A stretch of DNA of 19,245 nucleotides from assembly GCA_039190745.1 (NCBI GenBank), contig JBCCXZ010000064.1, positions 1-19,245 on the forward strand. Direction: 5' to 3'. Below, piece by piece: positions 7,093 through 16,550 of this stretch (position 1 is the stretch's first letter; each line of letters opens with the position of its first letter). The position numbers and the translations under genes are program-made. This DNA is from Planctomycetota bacterium. GTDB lineage: Bacteria; Planctomycetota; Planctomycetia; Pirellulales; Lacipirellulaceae. The notes under the pieces were generated by a model, which did no database searches, was not told where the DNA came from, and saw only the letters and a program-made list of their open reading frames with translations.

Positions 7093-9114
7093 ATGAACGC
7101 GTACCTCATCCTCCGCGACGGGTCGAAATGGGCCGACGTCTTCCGGCTCGTCCCCGGCGAATCGGCGACTATCGGTCGGGCGCCGACCAATTCCATCGTC
7201 ATTAAAGACGAGCGCTGCAGCCGGAACCACGCGGAGGTCTTCCAGTCGCAGGGCAGCTGGACCCTCCGCGACCTCGACAGCCGCAACGGCACTGTCGTCG
7301 CCGGCGACCAGCTCAACGGCGACTACGCCCTCCACCCGGGCGACATCGTGCAGATCGGCAACTCGCACTTCGCGTTTGTCGACAACCTCACCGACGCCTT
7401 CCCCGACCAGAGCACACTGCTGAAAGCCTCGCAGACCGTCGCCGGCGAACCGGTCGAAGACGACGCCAGCGTGCTGGACGGCGTCGAGTCGGCCACCATC
7501 ACCCACCGCCGCGACCAGAGCCGGCTGCTCGACACCTCCGCCGACGACAACGCCGAAGATTCGACCCCCAAGCTCGGCCGCGCCGCCGCGACCCTCTGCC
7601 GCATCGCGTTCGACCTCGCCAAGGCCAAAGACGTCGTCTCGCTCACCACCTCGGCGCTCGACGGCGTGTTTGAGGGCACCAGCGTCGACGCCGGGGCGAT
7701 CCTCCTCCGGAAGCGCGACGCCTCCGGCGACCGCACCGGCGAAGAGCTCGAAGTCGTCGCCTCTCGCAGCGACGTCGAGCACGCCTACCACCGGCTCTCG
7801 GCGTTCCTCGCGAAAACCGTACTTGGCGACGGACAGGCCGTCATGGCCCGCAACGTGATGGACGACAGCCAGCTCGGCAACCGCGACAGCCAAGGCGAGA
7901 TCCTCTCCACCAGCGTGATCTGCGCCCCCATCCGCCTGGGCGAGCGGGTGCTGGGCATCATCCACCTCTACTCCACCGACGTCGACCGACCGACCGACCC
8001 CGAAGACCTCGAGTTCACCCTCGCGGTGGCTGATACGGTGGGCGTCGCGCTGCAGAACCTCAACAAACGCCAAGAACTCGCCGAGAACCTCAACCTCATC
8101 CGCACCGAGAACGTCCAGCTCCGTGAACGGCTGGGGGCCGAGAGCGAGATCGTCGGCAGCAGCGAGGTGATGGACCGCGTCGAACAACAAATCCAGCGCG
8201 CCGCACCCAGCCGGGCCACCGTGCTCATCCGCGGCGAGAGCGGCGTCGGCAAGGAACTCGTCGCCCGTGCGGTGCACTTCTCAAGCCCACGCAGCAAGGG
8301 GCCCTTCGTCTGCCTCAACTGCGCCGCCCTCTCCGAAACCCTGCTCGAGAGCGAACTCTTCGGCCACGAAAAAGGCGCCTTCACCGGCGCGACCGACCGC
8401 AAGATCGGCAAGTTCGAGCAGTCCCACAAGGGCACGCTCATGCTCGACGAGATCGGCGAGATGAGCCCCTCGATCCAAGCCAAGTTCCTCCGCGTCCTGG
8501 AGGGGCACCCCTTCGAGCGCGTTGGCGGCTCTGAGCAGATCAAGGTCGACGTTCGCGTGATCGCCGCCACCAACCGCGACCTCGAGAAAGACGTCGCCGA
8601 GGGCGAGTTCCGCCGCGACCTCTACTTCCGCCTGCACGTCCTGGAGATCCTCGTCCCCGGCCTCCGCAAGCGGCCCGAAGACATCCCTCTGCTCGCCGAG
8701 CACTTCCTCCGCCGCTACAACGAAGAAACCGGACGCAAGCTGCAGGGCTTCACCCCTCGGGCCATGGAAGAGCTGCTCCGCTACCGCTGGCCCGGCAACG
8801 TCCGCGAGATGAAGAACGTGATCGAGCGGGCCGTCGTCCTCGCCCGCGGCGACTTCGTCGACCACGGAGACTTGGTGCTCTCCACGCTCAAAACCGCGGG
8901 CGACACCGAGATCCGCATCGACGCAGACCGCGCCGCCCCCGGTCAGTACGAGCCCCTCTCGCTGGCCGACGTCGAGCGGGCCCACATCCTCCGCACGCTC
9001 AATTCCACTGGCTGGAACAAGAGCAAGAGCGCGAGCATCCTCGGCATCGAGCGTTCCACCCTCGACCGCAAGATCCGCCGCTACGACCTCGCCGCTGAAC
9101 GGCCCCGCATCTGA
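7093..9114 (+). CDS. Sigma54-dependent enhancer-binding protein with FHA, GAF, AAA+ and Fis-type HTH domains
   Basis: Start reassigned to ATG 7093. FHA motifs IGR...SRNHA...[18 protein letters not shown]...LGIIHL; Walker A GESGVGKE; intact GAFTGA; Walker [36 protein letters not shown]. Confidence 0.95.
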   Translation: MNAYLILRDGSKWADVFRLVPGESATIGRAPTNSIVIKDERCSRNHAEVFQSQGSWTLRDLDSRNGTVVAGDQLNGDYALHPGDIVQIGNSHFAFVDNLTDAFPDQSTLLKASQTVAGEPVEDDASVLDGVESATITHRRDQSRLLDTSADDNAEDSTPKLGRAAATLCRIAFDLAKAKDVVSLTTSALDGVFEGTSVDAGAILLRKRDASGDRTGEELEVVASRSDVEHAYHRLSAFLAKTVLGDGQAVMARNVMDDSQLGNRDSQGEILSTSVICAPIRLGERVLGIIHLYSTDVDRPTDPEDLEFTLAVADTVGVALQNLNKRQELAENLNLIRTENVQLRERLGAESEIVGSSEVMDRVEQQIQRAAPSRATVLIRGESGVGKELVARAVHFSSPRSKGPFVCLNCAALSETLLESELFGHEKGAFTGATDRKIGKFEQSHKGTLMLDEIGEMSPSIQAKFLRVLEGHPFERVGGSEQIKVDVRVIAATNRDLEKDVAEGEFRRDLYFRLHVLEILVPGLRKRPEDIPLLAEHFLRRYNEETGRKLQGFTPRAMEELLRYRWPGNVREMKNVIERAVVLARGDFVDHGDLVLSTLKTAGDTEIRIDADRAAPGQYEPLSLADVERAHILRTLNSTGWNKSKSASILGIERSTLDRKIRRYDLAAERPRI

Positions 9115-9128
9115 GGCCCCGCATCTGA
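9101..9128. repeat. 14-bp perfect tandem duplication spanning a stop codon
   Basis: GGCCCCGCATCTGA x2; the first copy ends with the activator's TGA. Confidence 0.9.
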
Positions 9129-9152
9129 GGCGCGGCAAGGTGCAGATCCTCT

Positions 9153-9177
9153 TGTAGGAGGCCTCTCTGGGGCCGAT
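9153..9177 (+). repeat. Solo REP-like element, family A
   Basis: TGTAGGAGGCCTCTCTGGGGCCGAT; differs from the 3630 arm at 2 positions. Confidence 0.85.
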
Positions 9178-9378
9178 CCTGTGCCGCTAGCGGTGGCGTA
9201 GAACAGTCAGTCCGATTGTGACGGCCAGAGACGCCCCGGCCGCCGCCCTCAAACCGGCCCGGCCCCCATCCCGGTCCTCTACCGCAACCCATAGTTGCGA
9301 AGACGCCCGAGCCGCGCTCCGCACGCCCGGCTTGCACCTGCCGCGTTCCCCCTGAATCGCATCAAGGAAAAACCGCCC

Positions 9379-9906
9379 ATGTCCGCCGTCCTGGAAGCGC
9401 CCGGCCTCGACGTCCTGAACGTCAACAACGACCTGTTCGAGTCGATCACCAAGTCGGTCCAGCAGGCCATGGGCATGTGCGACACCGACGTCCGCTGCGT
9501 CGGCGTCTCTTGCTGCCCCACCGCCGAGACCGGCCTTGTCACCGGCATGATCGGCGTCCACGGCAAGGTTTCCGGCTTCCTGAGCGTCAACATGGCCGAG
9601 CGGTTTGCCATCAAGGCCGTCGAGGGGCTGCTCCAAGACAACTTCGGCACGCTCAACTCGCAGGTCGTCGACGGCGCCGGCGAGATCACCAACATCATCG
9701 CCGGCGGCGTGAAGTCCGCCCTCGCCAAGGGCTCCATGGGCTTCAACCACATCACCGTCCCCTCGGTGATCGTGGGTCAGAACTTCACGATCGCCTACTC
9801 ACGCGGACTCGAATATATCACGGTCACGTTCGAGCACGAAGACCCCGAAGCGATCCGCATCGAAGACCGCACCATGCACGTCAGCATGTCGCTGCTCACG
9901 CTCTAG
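9379..9906 (+). CDS. cheX: CheX-family phosphatase
   Basis: Start reassigned to ATG 9379 (AAGGA upstream). VTGMIGVHGKVSG, catalytic ExxN motif in GEITNIIAG, and ITVPSVIVG. Confidence 0.88.
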   Translation: MSAVLEAPGLDVLNVNNDLFESITKSVQQAMGMCDTDVRCVGVSCCPTAETGLVTGMIGVHGKVSGFLSVNMAERFAIKAVEGLLQDNFGTLNSQVVDGAGEITNIIAGGVKSALAKGSMGFNHITVPSVIVGQNFTIAYSRGLEYITVTFEHEDPEAIRIEDRTMHVSMSLLTL

Positions 9907-9928
9907 CACGAGCGCTGGAAAGACAATC

Positions 9929-9957
9929 TGTGGGAGGCTTCTCCGAAGCCGATTACG
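9929..9957 (+). repeat. Solo REP-like element, family A, overlapping the ndk stop codon
   Basis: TGTGGGAGGCTTCTCCGAAGCCGATTACG between the convergent cheX and ndk genes. Confidence 0.85.
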
Positions 9958-10414
9958 CTTCGTCCCCAGCCCGCAGCCACTTCCCGATCGCCGGGTCGTC
10001 GTCCACCAACTCGCCCGGCTCGAAGTACAGCGCAATCTCCCGCTGGGCAGCCTCGGTCCCGTCCGAGCCGTGCACGAGGTTCATCTGCATGCTGCTGCTG
10101 TAGTCGCCCCGGATCGTCCCCGGCGCCGCCTTCAGGCCGCTCGTGGCGCCGAGCATCTCGCGCACCACGCGGATCGCCTCCAGGCCCTCCACCACGGCCG
10201 CCATCACCGGCCCGCCCGTGATGAACGCCTCGAGGTTCGGGTACCAGCCCTTCTCCACGTGCTCGGCGTAGTGCTGCTTCGCCAGCTCGGGCGAAATCCG
10301 CAGCATCTTCATCGCCACAAAGTTCAGCCCCTTTTCCTCGAACCGCGTGATGATGCGGCCCATCAGACGCCGCTGCACGCAGTCGGGCTTGAGCAGGATG
10401 AAGGTACGTTCCAT
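9953..10414 (-). CDS. ndk: Nucleoside-diphosphate kinase
   Basis: MERTFILLKPD, HYAEH, PGTIRGD, active-site NLVHGSD; GGAGG 6 nt upstream of the ATG. Confidence 0.98.
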   Translation of the reverse strand: MERTFILLKPDCVQRRLMGRIITRFEEKGLNFVAMKMLRISPELAKQHYAEHVEKGWYPNLEAFITGGPVMAAVVEGLEAIRVVREMLGATSGLKAAPGTIRGDYSSSMQMNLVHGSDGTEAAQREIALYFEPGELVDDDPAIGKWLRAGDEA

Positions 10415-10466
10415 GGGGGGCCTCCCGAGCCGGTAGATGGTGTTCTGTTTTCCAGATGAGCCGGGG

Positions 10467-10496
10467 ATTCTACGGCAAGCCCCCCCAGGTACTCAA
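10467..10496 (-). promoter_or_regulatory. Candidate sigma70 promoter for ndk
   Basis: TTGAGT-N18-TAGAAT on the minus strand, about 50 nt upstream of the ndk start. Confidence 0.5.
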
Positions 10497-10550
10497 CTGC
10501 CCTGCCCGCAGCGACGCTCCCTCTCCCCACTCCCACTCCCTCTCGTCCTC

Positions 10551-10559
10551 TGCTACCTT
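10551..10559 (+). promoter_or_regulatory. Extended -10 element for nfo, leaderless geometry (candidate)
   Basis: TGCTACCTT-cccctc-ATG; the upstream sequence is pyrimidine-rich with no Shine-Dalgarno. Confidence 0.5.
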
Positions 10560-10565
10560 CCCCTC

Positions 10566-11423
<858 letters not shown>

Positions 11424-11479
11424 GAAGCAACTCCCTTCCAACACTCCTATGACTTGCTGAGCCTTACAGGAGTCTCGAC

Positions 11480-12217
11480 GTGGGAATGGAGCCATCCGAA
11501 GTCTTCGCCTGTAGCTTCTTTGAACAACTAGGCTTCAGTGTGAACAAGATCCCTGAAGCTGAGGGAAAGCGTGCAGATCTGGCCGTACAGGACGGAATCG
11601 CAGAGTACATCGTGGAAGTCAAGGAAAAGCTCGACACGGGATCGCAGCTAAACTGGTCTCAAGGTTCCTATTCGGATTCAGGTCGGAAAATCGCCTCCGA
11701 GCCACACTCCACCTCGAATCGGCTGGACGGAATCATCAAAGATGCTCGCCGACAACTCGCTTCTACGCCAGCATCCACAACGGCTCTTCGTCTCATCTTC
11801 CTGGTCTTTACTGGACCGGGTGCCGACATGTTTGTCCGCCGGGCACTGTTCACGTTCTACGGAGTACAGCAAGTCGTGCCCAACGATGGAGAAGGGGATG
11901 GACTAAACTGCGTTTACTTCCACAACAGCCTTGCCTTTAATCTCAAAGACGTTGATGGATTGATACTCATGGAGAACGAAGAACTTCAGCTATGTCTCAA
12001 TGAGTTCTCAGCCAACTACAGTTCGATGCAAGAATCGAAACTGACTTTGAGCATGGGTGGTGCAATCTACGACCCAGCGCGATTTGCACATGACGACGGA
12101 GTAGTGGTTCTCCGTAGCGACATATCACGAAGAAATGAAGAAGAGGTCCTAAAAGAACTCAAGCGGCAAGCCGGGATCGCATATCACACGATAACCTTGA
12201 ACCGATTCTATCTTTAG
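11480..12217 (+). CDS. Hypothetical protein with a PD-(D/E)xK nuclease-like motif, low GC
   Basis: SEVFACSFFEQLGF...KRADLAVQDGIAEYIVEVKEK fits helix-E...D-x(n)-ExK. AGGAG lies 7 nt before GTG 11480 (ATG 11486 is an alternative). GC counted at 47% (11881-11940) and 40% (11941-12000) versus 63% in an nfo line (10801-10860). Confidence 0.72.
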   Translation: MGMEPSEVFACSFFEQLGFSVNKIPEAEGKRADLAVQDGIAEYIVEVKEKLDTGSQLNWSQGSYSDSGRKIASEPHSTSNRLDGIIKDARRQLASTPASTTALRLIFLVFTGPGADMFVRRALFTFYGVQQVVPNDGEGDGLNCVYFHNSLAFNLKDVDGLILMENEELQLCLNEFSANYSSMQESKLTLSMGGAIYDPARFAHDDGVVVLRSDISRRNEEEVLKELKRQAGIAYHTITLNRFYL

Positions 12218-12279
12218 GCGGTCGTCCCTGCAGTCTCGCCCAGCAGTGGCTGAACCACGCACGAAGACCAATTCCGCGG

Positions 12280-12310
12280 TTAGCCCCCGACGACTCGCCG
12301 GGGGCTAAAT
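12280..12310 (+). repeat. Palindromic REP-like element, family C, copy 1
   Basis: TTAGCCCCCGACGA-C-TCGCCGGGGGCTAA followed by AT (one mismatch in a 14-bp stem). Confidence 0.88.
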
Positions 12311-12340
12311 CAACTAAGTGCGTTCCCTTCTCGAATTCTC

Positions 12341-12428
12341 GGTGCCATGCCCACGCTTGCGTGGGCATGTTGGCCCGGGGGAGAGAATTGTGGCATTCGC
12401 ATGCCCACGCGAGCGTGGGCATGGCACC
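12341..12428. repeat. REPIN-like inverted doublet, family B, copy 2
   Basis: Arms GGTGCCATGCCCACGCTTGCGTGGGCATG (12341-12369) and CATGCCCACGCGAGCGTGGGCATGGCACC (12400-12428), 28/29 complementary, 30-nt spacer. Confidence 0.92.
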
Positions 12429-12480
12429 ATCCCGCGGTTGGCATACATCGAAGAATCGCGGGAATGCCAATCGCCCACTC

Positions 12481-12509
12481 AGCCCCCGGCGAGTCGCCGG
12501 GGGCTAAAT
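12481..12509 (+). repeat. Palindromic REP-like element, family C, copy 2
   Basis: AGCCCCCGGCGA-G-TCGCCGGGGGCT followed by AAAT (perfect 12-bp arms). Confidence 0.9.
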
Positions 12510-12565
12510 CTACTTATTGGTAGTAGCGGCAAGAGCGAGTCGTCCGGCCGTTTCTTGCGGGTTCG

Positions 12566-12946
12566 CTAGACAATGAGGCTGTACAGCAGCAGTGCCGCGA
12601 TCGCCACGAACGCAACGCCTGGGACGAGGAGAAGATGGGCTCGCTCTACGGACACCGACTGGAGCTTCTTCAGCCCGTACGCGGGCCAAGTGAAGTAGAC
12701 CGCCGCCTTAAGGACCTGGGACCACCCCAGCAGCGTCAGCACCAGCGGGATGCCCGACCAGACGTTGTGGAAGGCGACGATGATCGAGCCGAAGCCGAGG
12801 CTGATGAACGCCGCGACGTAGACGCCGGCTTCGCCTTTGTCCTTCAGCCACTCGAAGAACACCACCCAAGCCCGGGGGCGGGCGATGTGCGAGACGCCGA
12901 TCACGGCGAGGTTGATGATCGCGAAGGTCTGGACTGCGGTTTCCAC
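12566..12946 (-). CDS. Small integral membrane protein of unknown function (about 4 TM helices)
   Basis: Likely start GTG 12946 (METAVQTFAIINLAVIGVSH...); four hydrophobic segments with HNVW and LLGW motifs; host-like codon usage. Confidence 0.75.
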   Translation of the reverse strand: METAVQTFAIINLAVIGVSHIARPRAWVVFFEWLKDKGEAGVYVAAFISLGFGSIIVAFHNVWSGIPLVLTLLGWSQVLKAAVYFTWPAYGLKKLQSVSVERAHLLLVPGVAFVAIAALLLYSLIV

Positions 12947-13007
12947 GGTGAGGCGATTTCTCTTTAGTGGATGAGCACTGACGAACACCGACATCGGGGT
13001 ACTTGGA

Positions 13008-13033
13008 CCCGGGCGACTCGCCCGGGGCTAAAT
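13008..13033 (+). repeat. Palindromic REP-like element, family C, copy 3 (left end eroded)
   Basis: CCCGGGCGA-C-TCGCCCGGG-GCTAAAT. Confidence 0.8.
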
Positions 13034-13049
13034 GGGTTACACGGCTGTT

Positions 13050-13661
13050 CTACGCACAATCGTCGGCGGCTTGGGAGGCCGTTTGGAGTGGTTCGATCAG
13101 CAAAGTCGTCCGTCGGTTGCACAGGGCCAGTCCGGCTTCGGCGAATTCCTTGCCGCGGGCGGGGTCGCCCAACGCGGTGGCGATCCGGGACCAATGCAGG
13201 AAGTTAAGTCCGTCACGCAGCCCGTAGACCGGGTGGATGGGTTGCTGCTCGAAGTCGGCGACGGTCGCCTCATTGAGCGGCCCGGGGATCCGCATCAGCG
13301 GGCGGACGAAGCCATTGAGCGTGCCCAGGAGCAACGGTTCCAGGCGGTCGGGCGTGGAAGTGCTGTAGTACCATCCCCACGATTCACTCGGGGAAGGATC
13401 GACGCGCTTCCGGAACACGCACTGGGGCTCGGTGATAGTCGCGGGATCGGCGGGTGCTTCGGCTTCGGTGGGGATGAAGAGCGGTTGTACGCCGACGTTG
13501 ACGTAGAACCAGTCGCTAGTGTCGCTCGGCTGGAAGTTGATCACGGCGACCACGCGGTCTGTGGCGGAGCGGTAGTCGTAGGCAGAGCCATCGAAGCCCT
13601 CGCGTGCGAGGAAGTCTGCTAGTCGAGGCAGGAGGTCGACCAGAGAAGCCGCCACTGGCAA
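13050..13661 (-). CDS. DUF4304-like hypothetical protein
   Basis: N-terminal FLAREGF...YR...VINFQPS...FYVNVGV pattern recalled as DUF4304-like. Start is TTG 13661 or GTG 13655, with GGAG upstream. Confidence 0.65.
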   Translation of the reverse strand: MPVAASLVDLLPRLADFLAREGFDGSAYDYRSATDRVVAVINFQPSDTSDWFYVNVGVQPLFIPTEAEAPADPATITEPQCVFRKRVDPSPSESWGWYYSTSTPDRLEPLLLGTLNGFVRPLMRIPGPLNEATVADFEQQPIHPVYGLRDGLNFLHWSRIATALGDPARGKEFAEAGLALCNRRTTLLIEPLQTASQAADDCA

Positions 13662-13697
13662 GGTTCTCCCGTGGGTCTGCGCTACGCGAAGGCGCTG

Positions 13698-14711
<1,014 letters not shown>

Positions 14712-14860
14712 GCGGTTTGCGGGGGGTGGAGTGCTGGGGCTCACCCATGCGACCGGGGTTCGCGGTGCGAGTTCACCGGAAGACTGTGCAGGGAGGGGCC
14801 CCAAAGAGTTTGCCCTAAGAGCCCAGTATATCGCGGTTCGGTTAGGCGGGGACAGGGCAA

Positions 14861-15469
14861 TCAGCGAGCGGGCGACACAGTGAGCGTCGGGAAAGCTCCG
14901 CTGCGGAGGCCGACCCACTGGGCCGCAACGGTTGGCGGCAGGACGCGGGGGAGCTCGGAGTCGACGACGCCCTCGTGTGCGAGTGCGGCGAGGTCGTAAC
15001 GGTCGCTGGGGTTCGGGGCGGCAGATTTGAGCAGGACCAATCGATCGGCCTGGAGCACCGCGGCGAGGCGGCCGGCGATGGCGTCGCTGGTGGTTTGCCA
15101 ACCGGGGGCCAGCTTGTGGCCGGGGGCGTTCGGTTCCTGTTCGCGGAGCCAGTTGGCGGCATCGAAGGCAGCGGCGGAATGCTGGTTCAGCTCGGAAACG
15201 TTCCGCACGAGCGGGGCCTCGGGCAGGAGCGTGTGCATCAAAGCGGCCGTGGCGCTCATCAGGTCGATGGCGAGCCAGTGGGTGGCGACAGGGTCGAGGT
15301 GGTGCACGTCGGCGAGGTTGCGGAGCGCGTCGACGTACGGCCCGCCTCCGGCGACGAGCACGCGGCGGGCGGGGTCACGCTGATTCAACCAGCGGCGGAG
15401 GCGCTCCCCGAGGTCGGGCAGATCGAATAGGCTGCCGCCGACCTTTACCACTTCGACCAGAGCTCTCAC
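14861..15469 (-). CDS. mfnE: Amino-acid-kinase family protein, MfnE-like (methanofuran-type pathway kinase)
   Basis: VVKVGGSL, LVAGGGPYVDALR, HWLAI and WQTTSDAIA motifs; GTGA overlap with the mfnF-like gene. Confidence 0.78.
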   Translation of the reverse strand: MRALVEVVKVGGSLFDLPDLGERLRRWLNQRDPARRVLVAGGGPYVDALRNLADVHHLDPVATHWLAIDLMSATAALMHTLLPEAPLVRNVSELNQHSAAAFDAANWLREQEPNAPGHKLAPGWQTTSDAIAGRLAAVLQADRLVLLKSAAPNPSDRYDLAALAHEGVVDSELPRVLPPTVAAQWVGLRSGAFPTLTVSPAR

Positions 15470-16491
15470 GGCTTGACCTCCGCGTGTGCGGCGATCACGG
15501 CAAGGGCGTGGGCGGGTGCGCAGCGGCTGACCTCAGGGCCGAGTTCGGCGGCGAGGTCGAGGACGTTGGCCTGGAACGATTGCCCGGCGAGCGCGTCGGC
15601 GAGCAGGAACCCGCCATGGCCACTGGCGACGATCACCGCGGGTGGTTGCGGCAGGCGGGCGGCGACGGTTGTGATTGCTCCGCGGAGCATGCGCGTCTGG
15701 GCGTGTCGGACTTCGGCGGCGACCAGAGCGGCTTGCGGTTCGGTCAGCTCGGTGCAGAGCATGCGGCCGATGCGGCGGGCGGCGTCGGCGCGCGTCCTTG
15801 GGCGGCCGTCCGCGGTGTCACTGTTGTCGGGGTCTTCAGCGGTATGTCCTAGGAGCAGGTAGGCGTCGGCTGTGGTGGCGAAGAACTCGGCGGCGACGGG
15901 GACGGGCTGCCCGGAGAAGGTGGCGGTTTGAAGGACCGCGCAGAGCGGGGTTCGCTCGATGCCCGTGTAAAGCAATTCGGCGGCCCGGAGGCGGTCGAGG
16001 TCGGAGCGCGACCTGGTCGCAACGCCCTTGTTGAGCGGGATCACGTCGATGGTGGTGGAGCCGATGTCGACGAGCAGGCCGGGTCGGCCTTCGATGCGAT
16101 CGGCGGCGAACGCGGCGAGAGCGTGCCAGTTGGTTGCGGCGTAGTCGAGCGGGCCGCGGGAAACGCCGTCGAGCGGGGCGCGGGCGGCGTCCAGTGGCGC
16201 GAGCCTGCCGTCGATGGCATAGAACGAGCAGGGTTTGCCGTCGGCGGCTTGGTGGACCGCGGCGGCGATGGCGGCGACGCCTTCCCGGCGGCTCGGGTAG
16301 CAGTCGGCGAGTTCGCCGGTCATGGTGACCGCGAGGCGGTCGGCAGGCGGGCCTGCGGCGATCATGCCGCGGAGGGCGTCGGCGAGCTGGTCGGGTTGCT
16401 TCCAGAGCGGGAACGGCCGCGATGCGGCGTAGCCGAGGCCGTCGGCCGCCTTGAGGTTCGCCCCGCCGATGTCGAGCGCCAGCCAACTCAT
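15466..16491 (-). CDS. mfnF: Hydantoinase/oxoprolinase-fold protein, MfnF-like (C1-transfer-linked)
   Basis: LALDIGGANLK, FPLWK, VTMTGELADCY, AATNW, LVDIGSTTIDVIP, ELLYTGIERTP, EFFAT and DTADG. Confidence 0.85.
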   Translation of the reverse strand: MSWLALDIGGANLKAADGLGYAASRPFPLWKQPDQLADALRGMIAAGPPADRLAVTMTGELADCYPSRREGVAAIAAAVHQAADGKPCSFYAIDGRLAPLDAARAPLDGVSRGPLDYAATNWHALAAFAADRIEGRPGLLVDIGSTTIDVIPLNKGVATRSRSDLDRLRAAELLYTGIERTPLCAVLQTATFSGQPVPVAAEFFATTADAYLLLGHTAEDPDNSDTADGRPRTRADAARRIGRMLCTELTEPQAALVAAEVRHAQTRMLRGAITTVAARLPQPPAVIVASGHGGFLLADALAGQSFQANVLDLAAELGPEVSRCAPAHALAVIAAHAEVKP

Positions 16492-16550
16492 GCGGAGAGT
16501 GTGGCCGGTGGCCGCGGGCAGGGCAATGGGTTCCGGCTCTCAGCCTCCAC

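Noticed and set aside
6937..9138. Long antisense ORFs opposite the sigma54 activator, and similar shadow ORFs such as 1136-2485, 3857-4723 and 13671-14999
   Set aside because: Typical high-GC shadow frames opposite well-supported genes, with no independent motifs.
9318..9336. Possible sigma54 promoter upstream of cheX (CGCACGCCCGGCTTGCA)
   Set aside because: There is no GG-N10-GC spacing.
12280..13033. CRISPR interpretation of the family C repeats
   Set aside because: Spacing is irregular (about 200 and 530 bp), the intervals hold a gene and other repeats, and there are no cas genes.
14712..15101. Long N-terminal extension of the desaturase ORF
   Set aside because: It overlaps the mfnE-like gene and is low-complexity; ATG 14711 gives a normal-length desaturase.
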